DNA of 64,000 bases from Octopus sinensis (Eukaryota): assembly GCF_006345805.1 (NCBI RefSeq), contig NC_043012.1, positions 23,932,001-23,996,000 on the forward strand, read 5' to 3'. Position 1 is the stretch's first letter. Each line of letters opens with the position of its first letter. The translations under genes were made by a program, and so were the position numbers. Under the pieces are notes generated by a model. That model was not told where the DNA came from and did not search any database. It was given only the letters and a program-made list of their open reading frames with translations. Positions 24,545 to 37,363 of the stretch are shown here, piece after piece.

Positions 24545-24905
24545 CAAGGTAGAAAATGCTAAAATAATTTTATCATGAAATACATTTTAGTACCGGTTTC
24601 CGCCTTTTTAGACTTTTTCAACTAAGAGTAAAATAAGAAAAATAATTAAATTAGAGAAAAAAAAATTAAGTGAAATGTTTTGTAAATATTTCCACAATCT
24701 TCAGATAGCCTTTGTGAGGAAGAGAAAGAGAGAAAGAGATGGTCTATCTGAAGACTATGGAAATATTTACAAAACATTTCACTTATTTTTTTTCTCCAAT
24801 TTAATTGTTTTTCATATTCTGCTCTTAGTTGAAAAAGTCTAAAAAGACGGAAACCGGTACTAAAATGTACTTCATGATAAAATTATTTTAGCATTTTCTA
24901 CCTTG
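24545..24905. mobile_element. Foldback MITE with ~165-bp inverted arms and ~30-bp AG-rich loop
   Basis: CAAGGTAGAAAATGCTAAAATAATTTTATCATGAA... versus ...TTCATGATAAAATTATTTTAGCATTTTCTACCTTG. TA on the right, GA on the left (possibly a mutated TA TSD, Tc1/mariner-like). Confidence 0.85.
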
Positions 24906-25670
24906 TATTCTTGTTCTTTATACATATCAACTCGTGTTACCTTTCTACCTTCTACATGTATATTATATATATATATATATACACACACACATTAATATAT
25001 TAAACAATAAATGCCAAGTGATTACCTTCATTGGCTTACAGCTGTTTCTTCTATGGAAGTAGTGTACTCAGAGGTAACTTCTTTTAAGTTATGTTGCGTT
25101 CTAACCACTCACTATTAATACTGCCAAAGTGAAATCATGAAATATATACTGTATAGTATATATTTCACAAGTAATTGTGTGCAAGTCATACACCAATTTA
25201 GAATGAAATCCTTTCATAGTTTTAGCATTGGTCTGCGTATAATGTGGATTCCAGTTTTGTCAGTTATAACCAACCATAGAATAAGGCGACTTATTCACGA
25301 GTAAATACAGTAAGTATTGTATATATATATATATTATATATATATATATATATATATGCTCAAGTAAATATGACAAATATAAATAAATAGATGAAACAGA
25401 TTGAAAAGGAATGAGAAGACTCTCAATAGCAGCTAAACAAAGAATTAGATGGTAAATATATAAATATAATGTTGCTTTTAAATAAATAATTCTTCAAAAG
25501 ATGCCTAAAAATATAATGAATAAATCCTCAGAACAAAATAATTTAAAATGAATTGATTGTTTACATTTTTTGTTTAAGACAAAAGACAGCAAGCTAAAAT
25601 TAGAAAAATAACGAAGCAAACATTATGTAATAAACATTGTTGAAAGCAACTTCATGATAAGAAGGAATCT

Positions 25671-25859
25671 TCATCATCATCATCATCATCGTTCAACGTC
25701 CGTTCTCCATGCTAGCATGGGTTGGACGGTTCGACTGGGGATCTGGGAAGCCAGAAGGCTGCACCAGGCTCCAGTCTTATCTGGCAATGTTTCTACAGCT
25801 GGATGCCCTTCCTAACGCCAACCACTCCGTGAGTGTAGTGGGTGCTTTTTACGTGCCAC
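25671..25859 (-). mobile_element. RTE-related 3'-end element with (GAT)n tail
   Basis: (CAT)n-CGTTCAACGTCCGTTCTCCATGCTAGCATGGGTTGGACGG...CTGGATGCCCTTCCTAACGCCAACC. Confidence 0.85.
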
Positions 25860-26884
25860 ATTCATAGTACAGAATAAATTTTGTTGACTTTAGTTTGAGG
25901 ACTGACATACTTGTGCACTTGAGAAGTTCATTTCACTTCACAACTTTGTGGTTGTAGGTTCAAATTGACTGCATGGTACCTAGAGCAAAATATCTTCTAC
26001 TAATGACCAAGATTGCAGAAAGTCTTCAAAAGGAAATTTACTGGGCAGTTAGCATGCAGGAAGTGGTCAAACAGACTGTCCTTGGTCATTGGTAATTGTT
26101 TCAATCCATTGCCTGCTTTAACACCTTGGGTACATTTATCAGGGTACTCTGAGGAAAACTGCAACAACAGCCAGCTACTCTGGTGTGATGCAGTTACCTG
26201 ATCAGAATTAACCGAGACTATTTCTTGTGGTGAGACTCCAGTTTGGGAGTGTGGGAGTCATAGGGGAACATGGAGTTACCCCCTTAATCACCATAACTCC
26301 CAGAACCATTCTAACCCAGAATGGTTGTCGGAGTCCTATCCATGGATTAAATAAATTTTTGTAAGGGTAGATGAAGATCCTTAGTTGCAGTGAAAGCAAT
26401 CAATCTAGGAGAGGGGAAGCTCCGTAATTAATACTCTCTTCCGACATGCCCTAAAGCAGCACAGAAAAGCTTTTGCTGACTGACTGGCACAAACGATTCG
26501 TTTATAGTAGTCAAATGTCCATGCCACACATTAGCTCACTCCCTTCATTAAATGGATGTCGTCTGAACAGGTACACTATATACCATGCTTCAAAGTGATC
26601 ACAGAGCAATGTGAGGCAAGGTGTTTTGCAGAAGAACACAACACACCAGCTGGTCTAAGAAGATCATGAGAGCAACACCCTAATCACTAAGCCATGTGCC
26701 CTCATAATAATAATAATAATAATAATAAAAAATAAGCAGTACCAACAGTGGCTCTCATGGCTTCTCAACTGATTGGAAGTGTTATCATGTACATTGTTTT
26801 GTCTTGATATAAAATATGGGCTACAGCAAATATTCTGCTCAATACCACAGATCTGCCTGTGAATTGCTTCACCTTAACCAGTTG

Positions 26885-27152
26885 CGAGAATTTGGAGTAT
26901 GAAAACTGTAAAGGTTATTCCTGTAATAATTGGTGCTTTAAGGACAGCAAGTAATAATATAGACAAAAGTTTGGAGGAGATTGGAACAGAATGCCCCGTG
27001 GAACTTCTACAGAAAGTCTGCCTCTTAGGAACAGGAAAGATCACAGAGGAGGGTTTTGAGCGCTTGAAAGATTATTGAAGGTTTGTGGATATCTAAAGTT
27101 ACAGGTAGTAACCCGCTACTCACATGAATATAATCAACCCTAAGTCAACTTG
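26885..27152 (+). mobile_element. R4/Dong LINE 3' end (copy 1) ending at (AAT)n
   Basis: RIWSMKTVKVIPVIIGALRTASNNIDKSLEEIGTECPVELLQKVCLLGTGKI, short 3' UTR, then AATAATAAT. Confidence 0.85.
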
Positions 27153-27347
27153 AATAATAATAATAAAAAAAAAATAATAATAATAATCCTGATGCAATAC
27201 CAGGCACTAGCTCTAATGGTTTTGATCTCAACTGATTGGAAGTGTTATCATGTACATTGTTTTGTCTTGATATAAAATATGGGCTACAGCAAATATTCTG
27301 CTCAATACCACAGATCTGCCTGTGAATTGCTTCACCTTAACCAGTTG

Positions 27348-27614
27348 CGAGAATTGGAGTATGAAAACTGTAAAGGTTATTCCTGTAATAATTGGTGCTT
27401 TAAGGACAGCAAGTAATAATATAGACAAAAGTTTGGAGGAGATTGGAACAGAATGCCCCGTGGAACTTCTACAGAAAGTCTGCCTCTTAGGAACAGGAAA
27501 GATCACAGAGGAGGGTTTTGAGCGCTTGAAAGATTATTGAAGGTTTGTGGATATCTAAAGTTACAGGTAGTAACCCGCTACTCACATGAATATAATCAAC
27601 CCTAAGTCAACTTG
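27348..27614 (+). mobile_element. R4/Dong LINE 3' end (copy 2, tandem duplicate)
   Basis: Identical to copy 1 except for a 1-bp deletion (GAATTTGG versus GAATTGG). Confidence 0.85.
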
Positions 27615-27649
27615 AATAATAATAATAAAAAAAAAATAATAATAATAAT

Positions 27650-28205
27650 CCTGATGCAATACCAGGCACTAGCTCTAATGGCTTTTGATCTTAACTGAAT
27701 GGAAGTGTTATCATGTACATTGTTTTGTCTTGATATAAAAAGATGGGCTACAATAAATATTCTGCTCATACCACAGATTTGCTGGTCATTGTTTGACCTT
27801 AACTAGTTGAGCATGTCCCTTGGTGGCTGATGATATGAGCATCTCTGATTATGACCAGTAGTAGTTGGGGGGGGGCATCCTAGCCATGTGTTGAGAGGAA
27901 TTCTTTGGGGCTTGAATAATTCCCCCTTGGACATACAGGTGTTTCATTCAACATCCTCAAACAACTCTTACTCAGGGATCTTTTGAGTGGGATAGGCTAC
28001 TCAACTTAAATAAAATTCTAACGGAGCCCCACCTGCAAGGTAATGCAACTGTTTATCTTGATATGAGATCACTATGTGGCGAACACATGGTTATGTTGTA
28101 TGTACCTGGTGTACCCTTATCAGACAGGTAGTCATGATGGGTACACTGGGTTTCGTATTTTTGTACCCCAGTGTCACTTTGATGGCAAGCATTGATCTCT
28201 CATTC
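27650..28205. mobile_element. ~555-bp non-coding element flanked by (TAA)n (copy 1), class unassigned
   Basis: Starts after (AAT)n with CCTGATGCAATACCAGGCAC and ends GATCTCTCATTC before (AAT)n. Partial heads at 26736-26884 and 27188-27347. Confidence 0.7.
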
Positions 28206-28349
28206 AATAATAATAATATCGCTTTCTTTTTGAAGCAGATTTATACTCACAAAAAAATGGAAAACCTGTCTGAAAACTTATTGAAATATTTAATGAAAAT
28301 ATTCCAATAGTGAAGAAGGATTTCTGAGATGAGAGACAGTCAAGTATTC

Positions 28350-28390
28350 ACTTACCTGTAAGAGAAAAAAAATATAGAAAACATTAGTAA
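28350..28390 (-). promoter_or_regulatory. Candidate recursive splice site (branch point, poly-Y, CAG|GTAAGT); duplicate at 29338-29380
   Basis: Minus strand reads TTACTAATGTTTTCTATATTTTTTTTCTCTTACAG|GTAAGTG. Branch A is 28 nt upstream of the junction at 28356/28355. Confidence 0.5.
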
Positions 28391-28638
28391 TTAGGCATAT
28401 AATTCAATTTTATTTCATAATTAAATCTGAGAAAAAAAGAGAAAACCAAAGAAATATATTTTGGCATAAAGGAATATGACTTTACTTCAAAACAGGTTTC
28501 GAAAACTGATGCAAAAATATCATCTGTTGTAAATACTGAACATGTGATGTTGGTGTTGGTGCAACCATTCTGAATGACTTACTGTACTTTTCAATGTACT
28601 TAATATAATAATAAAAAAAAAATAATAATAATAATAAT

Positions 28639-29193
28639 CCTGATGCAATACCAGGCACTAGCTCTAATGGCTTTGATCTAACTGAATGGAAGTGTTATCA
28701 TGTACATTGTTTTGTCTTGATATAAAAAGATGGGCTACAATAAATATTCTGCTCAATACCACAGATTTGCTGGTCATTTGTTTGACCTTAACTAGTTGAG
28801 CATGTCCCTTGGTGGCTGATGATATGAGCATCTCTGATTATGACCAGTAGTAGTTGGGGGGGGGCATCCTAGCCATGTGTTGAGAGGAATTCTTTGGGGC
28901 TTGAATAATTCCCCCTTGGACATACAGGTGTTTCATTCAACATCCTCAAACAACTCTTACTCAGGGATCTTTTGAGTGGGATAGGCTACTCAACTTAAAT
29001 AAAATTCTAACGGAGCCCCACCTGCAAGGTAATGCACTGTTTATCTTGATATGAGATCACTATGTGGCGAACACATGGTTATGTTGTATGTACCTGGTGT
29101 ACCCTTATCAGACAGGTAGTCATGATGGGTACACTGGGTTTCGTATTTTTGTACCCCAGTGTCACTTTGATGGCAAGCATTGATCTCTCATTC
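28639..29193. mobile_element. ~555-bp (TAA)n-flanked element (copy 2, part of the ~989-bp tandem duplication)
   Basis: Near-identical to 27650-28205. Confidence 0.7.
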
Positions 29194-31404
29194 AATAATA
29201 ATAATATCGCTTTCTTTTTGAAGCAGATTTATACTCACAAAAAAATGGAAAACCTGTCTGAAAACTTATTGAAATATTTAATGAAAATATTCCAATAGTG
29301 AAGAAGGATTTCTGAGATGAGAGACAGTCAAGTATTCACTTACCTGTAAAGAGAAAAAAAATATAGAAAACATTAGTAATTAGGCATATAATTCAATTTT
29401 ATTTCATAATTAAATCTGAGAAAAAAAGAGAAAACCAAAGAAATATATTTTGGCATAAAGGAATATGACTTTACTTCAAAACAGGTTTCGAAAACTGATG
29501 CAAAAATATCATCTGTTGTAAATACTGAACAATGTGATGTTGGTGTTGGTGCAACCATTCTGAATGACTTACTGTACTTTTCAATGTACTTAATATAATA
29601 ATAATAAAAAAAGGAGTATTATTTGAAAGGCTCTGTGACTCTTCTCTTATTTTCTATGGAGATTCCCAAAATATAAACCTCGCACCATCTCTTTCATCCA
29701 TAATATACAACTAAATACAAACTTGTTCTGAGTTCAAATATAGTTGAGAGATATCTGAACCTGTGAAAAAGGCTATTCACTGCAGTATGTCACGGAGAAG
29801 CATACAGTATGCTCAGATCAGAGTGCCTTTGAGTGGATTGGTGGAGGCATGCATTTCAAAGAAGTTATCTTCTCATCAGCACAAAATACTGAAGAGAGGC
29901 AACTCTGAACTGACTAAGAGACAAGGTTTTTCCTACACAGAACCAATGAAAACCATTTGACCAATAGCACCTTTTGGCTGGCAAACTGTAGTGGATTCCT
30001 GATTAGAAGTGCTGCAAGATATTTCAAACAGTACGAAGACTATTTGCTGTAGTTTATCACAGAGAATGATTTTTGCAGTATGTGTATGATCATCATCATC
30101 ATCACCGCCACCATTAACACCCATGTTTTCATTCTGGCATAGGTTGGATGGTTTGACAAGAGCCACCAAGCAGGAGGGTTGTGCCAAGCTCCAATGTATC
30201 CTCTGATATGGTTTCTACAGTTGGAGGCTCTTCCTAATATCAACCACTTCACAGAATGTAGAGGGGGAGGGTTCACAAGGCACCAGCACTAGCGAAGTCA
30301 CCAGGTATGCGCATGCAAGACAAGAACCAGTCAATTGAGAGTGGCTGTGGCAGTGAGGGAGGTGGTTTCATGGCAGATGATGAGAGCTTAAAGTATGATA
30401 GAAGAACAGAAACAGGTGTCCTGCAGTGGTGGAGATACACAGCTACCCCAGTTGGAAAAGGAGGCGAGATGGTGAAGAGGGGTCAGGTTGTATCTTCAAG
30501 TTACAGGAAAAGTGCATTTGTTAGTTTTATCCATTTATTTCAAAAGACAACTGAACTATTTCATAAACAGTGACTGGTAAAACAGGTACAAAACTGAAAT
30601 AGATACAGGTATCAAAATAAAGAACTTTTCAAAATATCTTTTTAAAGCATTGCTTCAGTTCAGAGACTACAAGATTTTTCTTCTTTCTTTCTTTTTTTTT
30701 TGAGAGAGAGAGAGAGCGGGGAGGAATGCTTTTCTGTGACAAAGAAATCTGAACAGTAATGGCTAGAAGTATCTCTTTAGGTATGATATATAATATTACG
30801 AAGAACATCTGTGCAAATGTGGTGACATGTGAGACTAGATTGGCAAACATGGCTTTTCATAAAAGACCAGAACAATGAGAAGAATCATCCATCACCTTGT
30901 CAACACTTGTTTTGCATAGCTGCCTTCTTCAGTTGGCAGGTTAACCTTAGATCAGGGCACGCATCAAATTTGCCCTCTTTCAATGAGGCACACACTCAGA
31001 TATATACACAAACTACACAAATATGCTCTTACACAGGCATACATGCATAAGTTGTCAATTAGTAAAGAAAAAAAACCCCACAAAAACAGGCATTCATGTG
31101 GAACATTATTTGTGAGCTGTCCAGTAACAGCTACCCAACCTCTCCAACAAAACCACACCCCTTTATTACAGGATCACTACTACTACTACTACTACTGTTC
31201 CTGCTGCTGTTACAGCAACAAGTTGAAAGAAGATAATGAAGGATAACCCTGGGCTTGTGATCTTTTACTTGTCTCAGTTATTAGACTGTGGCCAAGCTGG
31301 GGCACCACTTTGAGGTGTTTTAGGAAAGAAATCGAACAAGCCGAGTACTTATTCCTTTATATTTCTGTGGAGTGGATATTTATATACACTATATGTAATA
31401 AAAT

Positions 31405-31740
31405 GAAGGCGCATGGCTCAGTGGTAAGAGCGTCGAGCTTACGATCGTGAGGTTGTGAGCTCGAATCCCGGACCGGGCTGCGTGTTGCGTTCTTGAGCAA
31501 GACACTTTATTTCACGTTGCTCCAGTTCACTCAGCTGTAGAAATGAGTTGCGACGTCACTGGTGCCAAGCTGTATCGACCTTTGTCTTTCCCTTGGATAA
31601 CACTGGTGGCGCGGAGAGGGGAGGCTGGTATGCATGGGCGACTGCTGGTCTTCCATAAACAACCTTGCCCGGACTTGTGTCTAGGAGGGTAACTTTCTAG
31701 ATGCAATCCCATGGCCATTCATGACCGAAGGGGGTCTTTA
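31405..31740 (+). mobile_element. tRNA-derived SINE family C, full-length, CpG-rich
   Basis: A box TGGCTCAGTGG, B-box-like GAGCTCGAATCCC, body TTCTTGAGCAAGACACTTTATTTCACG...CACTCAGCTGTAGAAATGAG. Related diverged heads at about 26570-26702 (minus), 49480-49760 and 63795-64000. Confidence 0.85.
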
Positions 31741-31912
31741 TATAATAAAAAAAAATTCCTCATCTCAGAAAGTATAAAATTGTAACTGGGGTCAACATTC
31801 GGAAAGACCGATTCCAGAAACATGGGATCTTTTCTGTGGAAACTTTAAAGCTTTGTGAAAATTTTTTAATTTGGTGCATTTGATGTAATTTTCCGTGCTG
31901 AATCTCAGGAGA

Positions 31913-32030
31913 TCATCATCATCATTTAGCGTCCGTTTTCCATGCTAGCATGGGTTGGACGGTTCAACTGGGGTCTGTGAAACCGGAAGGCTTCATCAGG
32001 CCCAGTCAGATCTGGCAGTGTTTCTACGGC
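31913..32030 (-). mobile_element. Short RTE-related 3'-end copy
   Basis: (CAT)n-TTAGCGTCCGTTTTCCATGCTAGCATGGGTTGGACGG...CTACGGCTGGA, truncated. Confidence 0.8.
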
Positions 32031-32706
32031 TGGAAATTCACTTTTTCCACAAAAGTTCTTCAAAAAAGTCACAGAGGTTTAAAGTTTGGTAATCTTTACC
32101 CAGTCAAAAAGCAGGATTTGAAAGCTGTCGTTTTGTGTGTGATGCATGTATTGTCAACTGTAAAAAAAAAAAAAATTAAATATTGGGAAAGTTCTGCTTT
32201 ATGCACAGCATATAACACTCGTAACTTTTTTTACTTTTGAGAATTTTCAGAAAATTTTCACTAATTTGTATTCTACATATGGGAATTCTTATGATAATGC
32301 AAAAAAAAAAAAAAAATCAATTCACTGTGCAATTTAAGGCCTATTTATCTATTTTTTGCACATCTCACAAGCACCTCATACCTCGTGCTTTAAGCATTCA
32401 ATAAGCGCAAAATGACCATGGAGGTAAACAACTTGGTAACAGCTTCACTAGTTACTATGGAAACAGGCACCTATATGTCTGTGGCTTTCAATTGGCTAAA
32501 ATTAACCCAAATTTGCAAATTTTAAAAGATATTAACTCTTTATTGATTTATGGTGTAAATGAATTTCATGTCAACGATTACCTTACCAGACTGCATCATT
32601 ACACCAAATATGAAATCAATTAGAACAGAAATTGAGGAAATTGAAAAGAGGCAACCAAACAAAAGAAATCTGAAACTTGCATTACTGAGAATTGCAAAGA
32701 TCCTAA

Positions 32707-32928
32707 CCCTTTAGCTTTCAAACCAATCTTATCCAGCCCTGATACTCTACATGTTTGATGTTCAAACTAGCCAGGTCTAGCCTTTCACACCTATCTTTCA
32801 ATGTCATTCTAAAATTGAACAATCATATCAGCAAAATTTTGAAGCTATAAGATAATGCATGATTAATTCCAAACAGTATGGACAAATAAGCATTACATTT
32901 ACCAGAGGAGTCTGAATGAGGGCAAAGG
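32707..32928. mobile_element. piggyBac-like MITE family 1, diverged
   Basis: CCCTTTAGC start; body matches 38566-38786. Confidence 0.7.
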
Positions 32929-33686
32929 AAGATCAGTTTCTGGTACATGTTTTACCAACCCCAGAAAGACAAATAGTAGACCAGAACTTGATGGGGTTTG
33001 AACTCAGAATAAAAATAGACACAACTAAATACAGAATAAGATATTTTGTTCAACACACTGAAAATTTCTGTAAAACTCATTGACCTCAGCAAACAGAGAT
33101 GTCACAGCTCCGATACTACACACATGTGGATAGCTTGTTGCAGGAATGGTTCACAAGACTAATTCTTCAAGCTGAGCGAACCACTACAAATCTTGTATAC
33201 CCACTACAAATCTTGGCAAAGCCACTGCCCAAGCTGACCTCAGTAAATTATACTTTATTGATGCAGGAGGGATAAAATACAAAGCAGCACATCTTGCTGG
33301 GATTTGAACTCAGATCATAAACGGCCATAAATACTGCAAAGTACTTGTCTGATAGTTTCCCATATTTAATTAACCATAATGTTTTTTCCTAGTTATCTTT
33401 ACTTCTTTTGCTGTATCTTATTTCTTTTAACTGCTATTTTTTTTTAATAGTAAACAGTGATTGAGAATTATTTTAATAAATAACAAAGAAATTAATATGG
33501 AATATTAATGAATTATTAACATTATCATGGATTTGAGTATAGTTGTTGCTAAGCAACAACTAAAAGTATATTATAAAATGAATAAATAATTACATATATA
33601 AATAATTAAATATGTGCTAAATATTATTTCAGTAAACAAACAAAGATGGTTGGAAAAGACAGAGAAAGGTATACACACACATACAT

Positions 33687-33720
<34 letters not shown>

Positions 33721-33812
33721 GCAAAGAGAGACAGAGACAGGGATGACAAGCAGTATTTATAAAGAATATAAATAATATGCAAATGTGTGTGCATACTTGT
33801 GAATGTTTTTTT

Positions 33813-33845
<33 letters not shown>

Positions 33846-34316
33846 GTCTGTGTGTATATATATTTGTATATGTCTATATATGTGTGTGTGTGTGTATGTA
33901 TGTATATATACGTGTGTGTGTATATATGTGTATGTATATATATAGTATATACATACCTGTATATATATGTGTGTGTGTGTGTGTATGTATATATATATAT
34001 ATATACACACACAAGCACACATAATACATACGCACATATATTCATACTTTCCTTTATACAGTTTTCTAAACTTAATATATACATACTAATATATACAAAT
34101 GTATATGAATATTATTAGAAAATGAGGAAAACACTCATAAACACACACCAAAATATACAGACTTGCAAAAAGAAAAAAGCAAACAAAAATTAAAAAAGAA
34201 ACCCTCACACCATAACACTTATATTTTTAAGATACTTTGAAGTATAAAACGGATGCTATTTTCATTAAGACAAAGACGGATTAATGTACATACATATTTG
34301 TATTTTTATGTATGCA

Positions 34317-34392
<76 letters not shown>

Positions 34393-34407
34393 TTTGTATG
34401 TGTATAT

Positions 34408-34730
34408 ATCATCATCATCATCATCGTTTAACGTCCGTTCTCCACGCTAGCATGGGTTGGACGGTTCGACCGGGGATCTGGGAAGCCAGAAGGCTGCACC
34501 AGGCTCCGGTCTTATCTGGCAATGTTTCTACAGCTGGATGCCCTTCCTAACGCCAACCACTCCGTGAGTGTAGTGGGTGCTTTTTACGTGCCACCTGCAC
34601 TGGTGCCAGACAAGGCTGGCATCGGCCACGGTCGGATTGGTGCATTTTACGTGCCACCTGCACGGAAGCCAGTCGAGGCGGCACTGGCTTCGGATGGCCA
34701 CGATTTGGATGGTGCTTTTTACGTGCCAGC
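34408..34730 (-). mobile_element. RTE-related 3'-end element, young
   Basis: (CAT)n tail, stem-loop, three GGTGC(T/A)TTTTACGTGCCA motifs, CpG-rich. Confidence 0.9.
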
Positions 34731-34792
<62 letters not shown>

Positions 34793-35227
34793 TTATTTGT
34801 TTCAGCTATGCAACTGCGGCCATGCTGGAGCACGACCATGATTTTGCACCATTATTGATGATGCTTTTTGGCTGATTTCCCCTGGGTGGGGGTTTTACAT
34901 CACTACTCCTGTATGAGCCTTTGTCCTGGATGTTGGCCCATCTGGTGTATGAGGGAGTTTGACTTCACTACTCTTGTCTCTACCTCATGGGGTGTGGTGG
35001 GGTGAGGGGTGTCTGCTCATCCAGTATGGGGGGGGAGAAGAATGTCAAGTCCCTTTACATATGCTTCCCAACCATGTTGTCTCGGGATCAGTCCCAAAGC
35101 ACTAAACCTTGGGCAAGTGTCTTTTATAGCTCTAGGCTGCCCAAAGGCTTGTCAGCGGATTTGGTGGACAAACTAAAAAAAAGACCCCTTGTGTGTGTGT
35201 GTGTGTGCAAATATACATACAGATAGA

Positions 35228-35390
35228 AGTGCAGGTGTGGCTGTGTGGTAAGTAGATTGCTCACCAACCACATGGTTTCGGATTCAGTCCCACTGTGTGG
35301 CACCTTAGGCAAGTGTTTCCTACTATAGCCTTGGGATGACCAAAGCCTTATGGGTGGATTTTGTAGACGGAAATTGAAAGAAGCCCATCG

Positions 35391-35442
<52 letters not shown>

Positions 35443-35637
35443 TCCCCACCAACATCTCTTGACATGTGATGCTGGTGTATTTAAGTCTTCGTAAGTTAGC
35501 AGTTCGACAAAATGAGACCGATAAAGTACTAGGTTTACAAAGAATAAGCTCTGGAGTCGATCTGCTTGACTAAAAGGTGGTGCTGCAGCATGGCCACAGT
35601 CAAATGACTGAAACAAGTAAAAGAATAAAAGAAAGAA
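35228..35637 (+). mobile_element. SINE family A, full-length, moderately diverged
   Basis: Head, internal (TG)n and tail all present. Confidence 0.9.
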
Positions 35638-36501
35638 TATGTAGCAAAATAGGGAGGGAGAGAGAGAGAGGGTGAGAGAGAGAGGGAGAGGGAGAGAAAG
35701 AAGTACTTATAAAAAGAGACTTTGCAAAGCTGTTGCATGTGTCTTATATTTCTTTTTATCTTTTTCTTTGCACTTCAGATTTATTTTATTGCCTTTTTTG
35801 TTTGGTTTTTTACATCTCAGGTATTTTTATTTATCTTATTTTTATTTATCTATTTATTTTTGGGTTCTTTACAATCTCCTACTTTTTTTCCTCACTCATT
35901 TCATTGGTGTGTGGCCATAATGGAGCACTGCCTGAAAGGGTTTTTAAAAAAATCAAGCCCTGTTCTTATTTTTAGCTCTGGTGCTTATTCTGTTGGTCCC
36001 GTCTTGCTGAACCACTAAGTTATGAGGATGTAAACAAACCAACAACAGTTGTAAAATAGTGGGGGAACTGACAAACATACATATGCCTCTAATGGGCTTC
36101 CACACAGTTTTCAACCCCCAAATTCACTCACAAGGCTTTGGCCAACCCAGGGCTATATTTGAAGACACTTGCACCAGGTGCCCTGCAATGGGTTCTGAAC
36201 CCAAAACCACATGGTTGCTAATGCCATCTTCCTACCTACAAAGTCTGTTCTTGTTTCCATTCCTCAATCGTCCATTGTTTCAAATATGCTGCTACCCAGA
36301 ATCATTTGCCATTTTACACTTTGATATTTTTTTTTTGTTTTTAGGATTATTTTATTTTATTTGTTTTTCATCTGATGTTTTCTTTTTGTTTCTTTTCTGA
36401 TCATTTAATATTTTCCTCCTTCTTCAGCCTCATCTAAATTCCATCTCTTTTCTTTCTGATATGTTTTCTCTTTTCCCCCCTTCTACCTGTGATCTGTCTT
36501 G

Positions 36502-36538
<37 letters not shown>

Positions 36539-37105
36539 ATCTATCTTCCCTACATGATGTCTGTTTTTTTTCTTCTCCTCTACAGGTCACACATTCCAGT
36601 TGTCACTACCTGGAGCTCATTCATAATGGTTCAGTTAAGTTGGTTTTCTGTTTTAAGACTAAAGGTAAAAAACACTAGTTAATGCCAAAGTTAATACCAG
36701 CACCACCAGCAACACCACCACCACCACCATGACTGGCAGTACCACAACTATAACAATCACTCCACCACTCCTACTACCACAACCAACAACATTTATTTAT
36801 ACCAAAACATAGTCATAAATTAAAATAGAAATTCATCAATTTTCATAACATTTTCTTTTGTGTGTGTGTGTGTGTGTGTGTATGTGTGTGTGATGTGTTT
36901 ACCTCAGTTTTTACATTTTCTTAATTTTAATTAAAAATTTAAAAAGAAAAAAAAACTGAAGTTTAAAAATATAATATTCAAAACACTTTTGAATAGCATT
37001 ATTTAACACAATAAAGAAGAGCATTTATTGGTAAACAGCACTATAAAACATGAGGAAACGAGACTCTGTGATGTTCATGCTTTTTGTCAAGAAAACTAGT
37101 AATGT

Positions 37106-37278
37106 ATCATCATCATCATTTAGCGTCCGTTTTCCATGCTAGCATGGGTTGGACGGTTCAACTGGGGTCTGTGAAGCTGGAAGGCTTCATCAGGCCCAGT
37201 CAGATCTGGCAGTGTTTCAATGGCTGGATGCCCTTCCTAACGCCAACCACTCCGTGAGTGTAGTGGGTGCTTTTTATG
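37106..37278 (-). mobile_element. RTE-related 3'-end copy
   Basis: Same family as 25671 and 34408. Confidence 0.85.
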
Positions 37279-37363
37279 AGAAGTAAAATGACTAGAATTG
37301 AGAGGAATGTCTTTCAGTCTTGTAGAATGGCTACAATGAGAATGAAATGCTGAAACATTTTAA

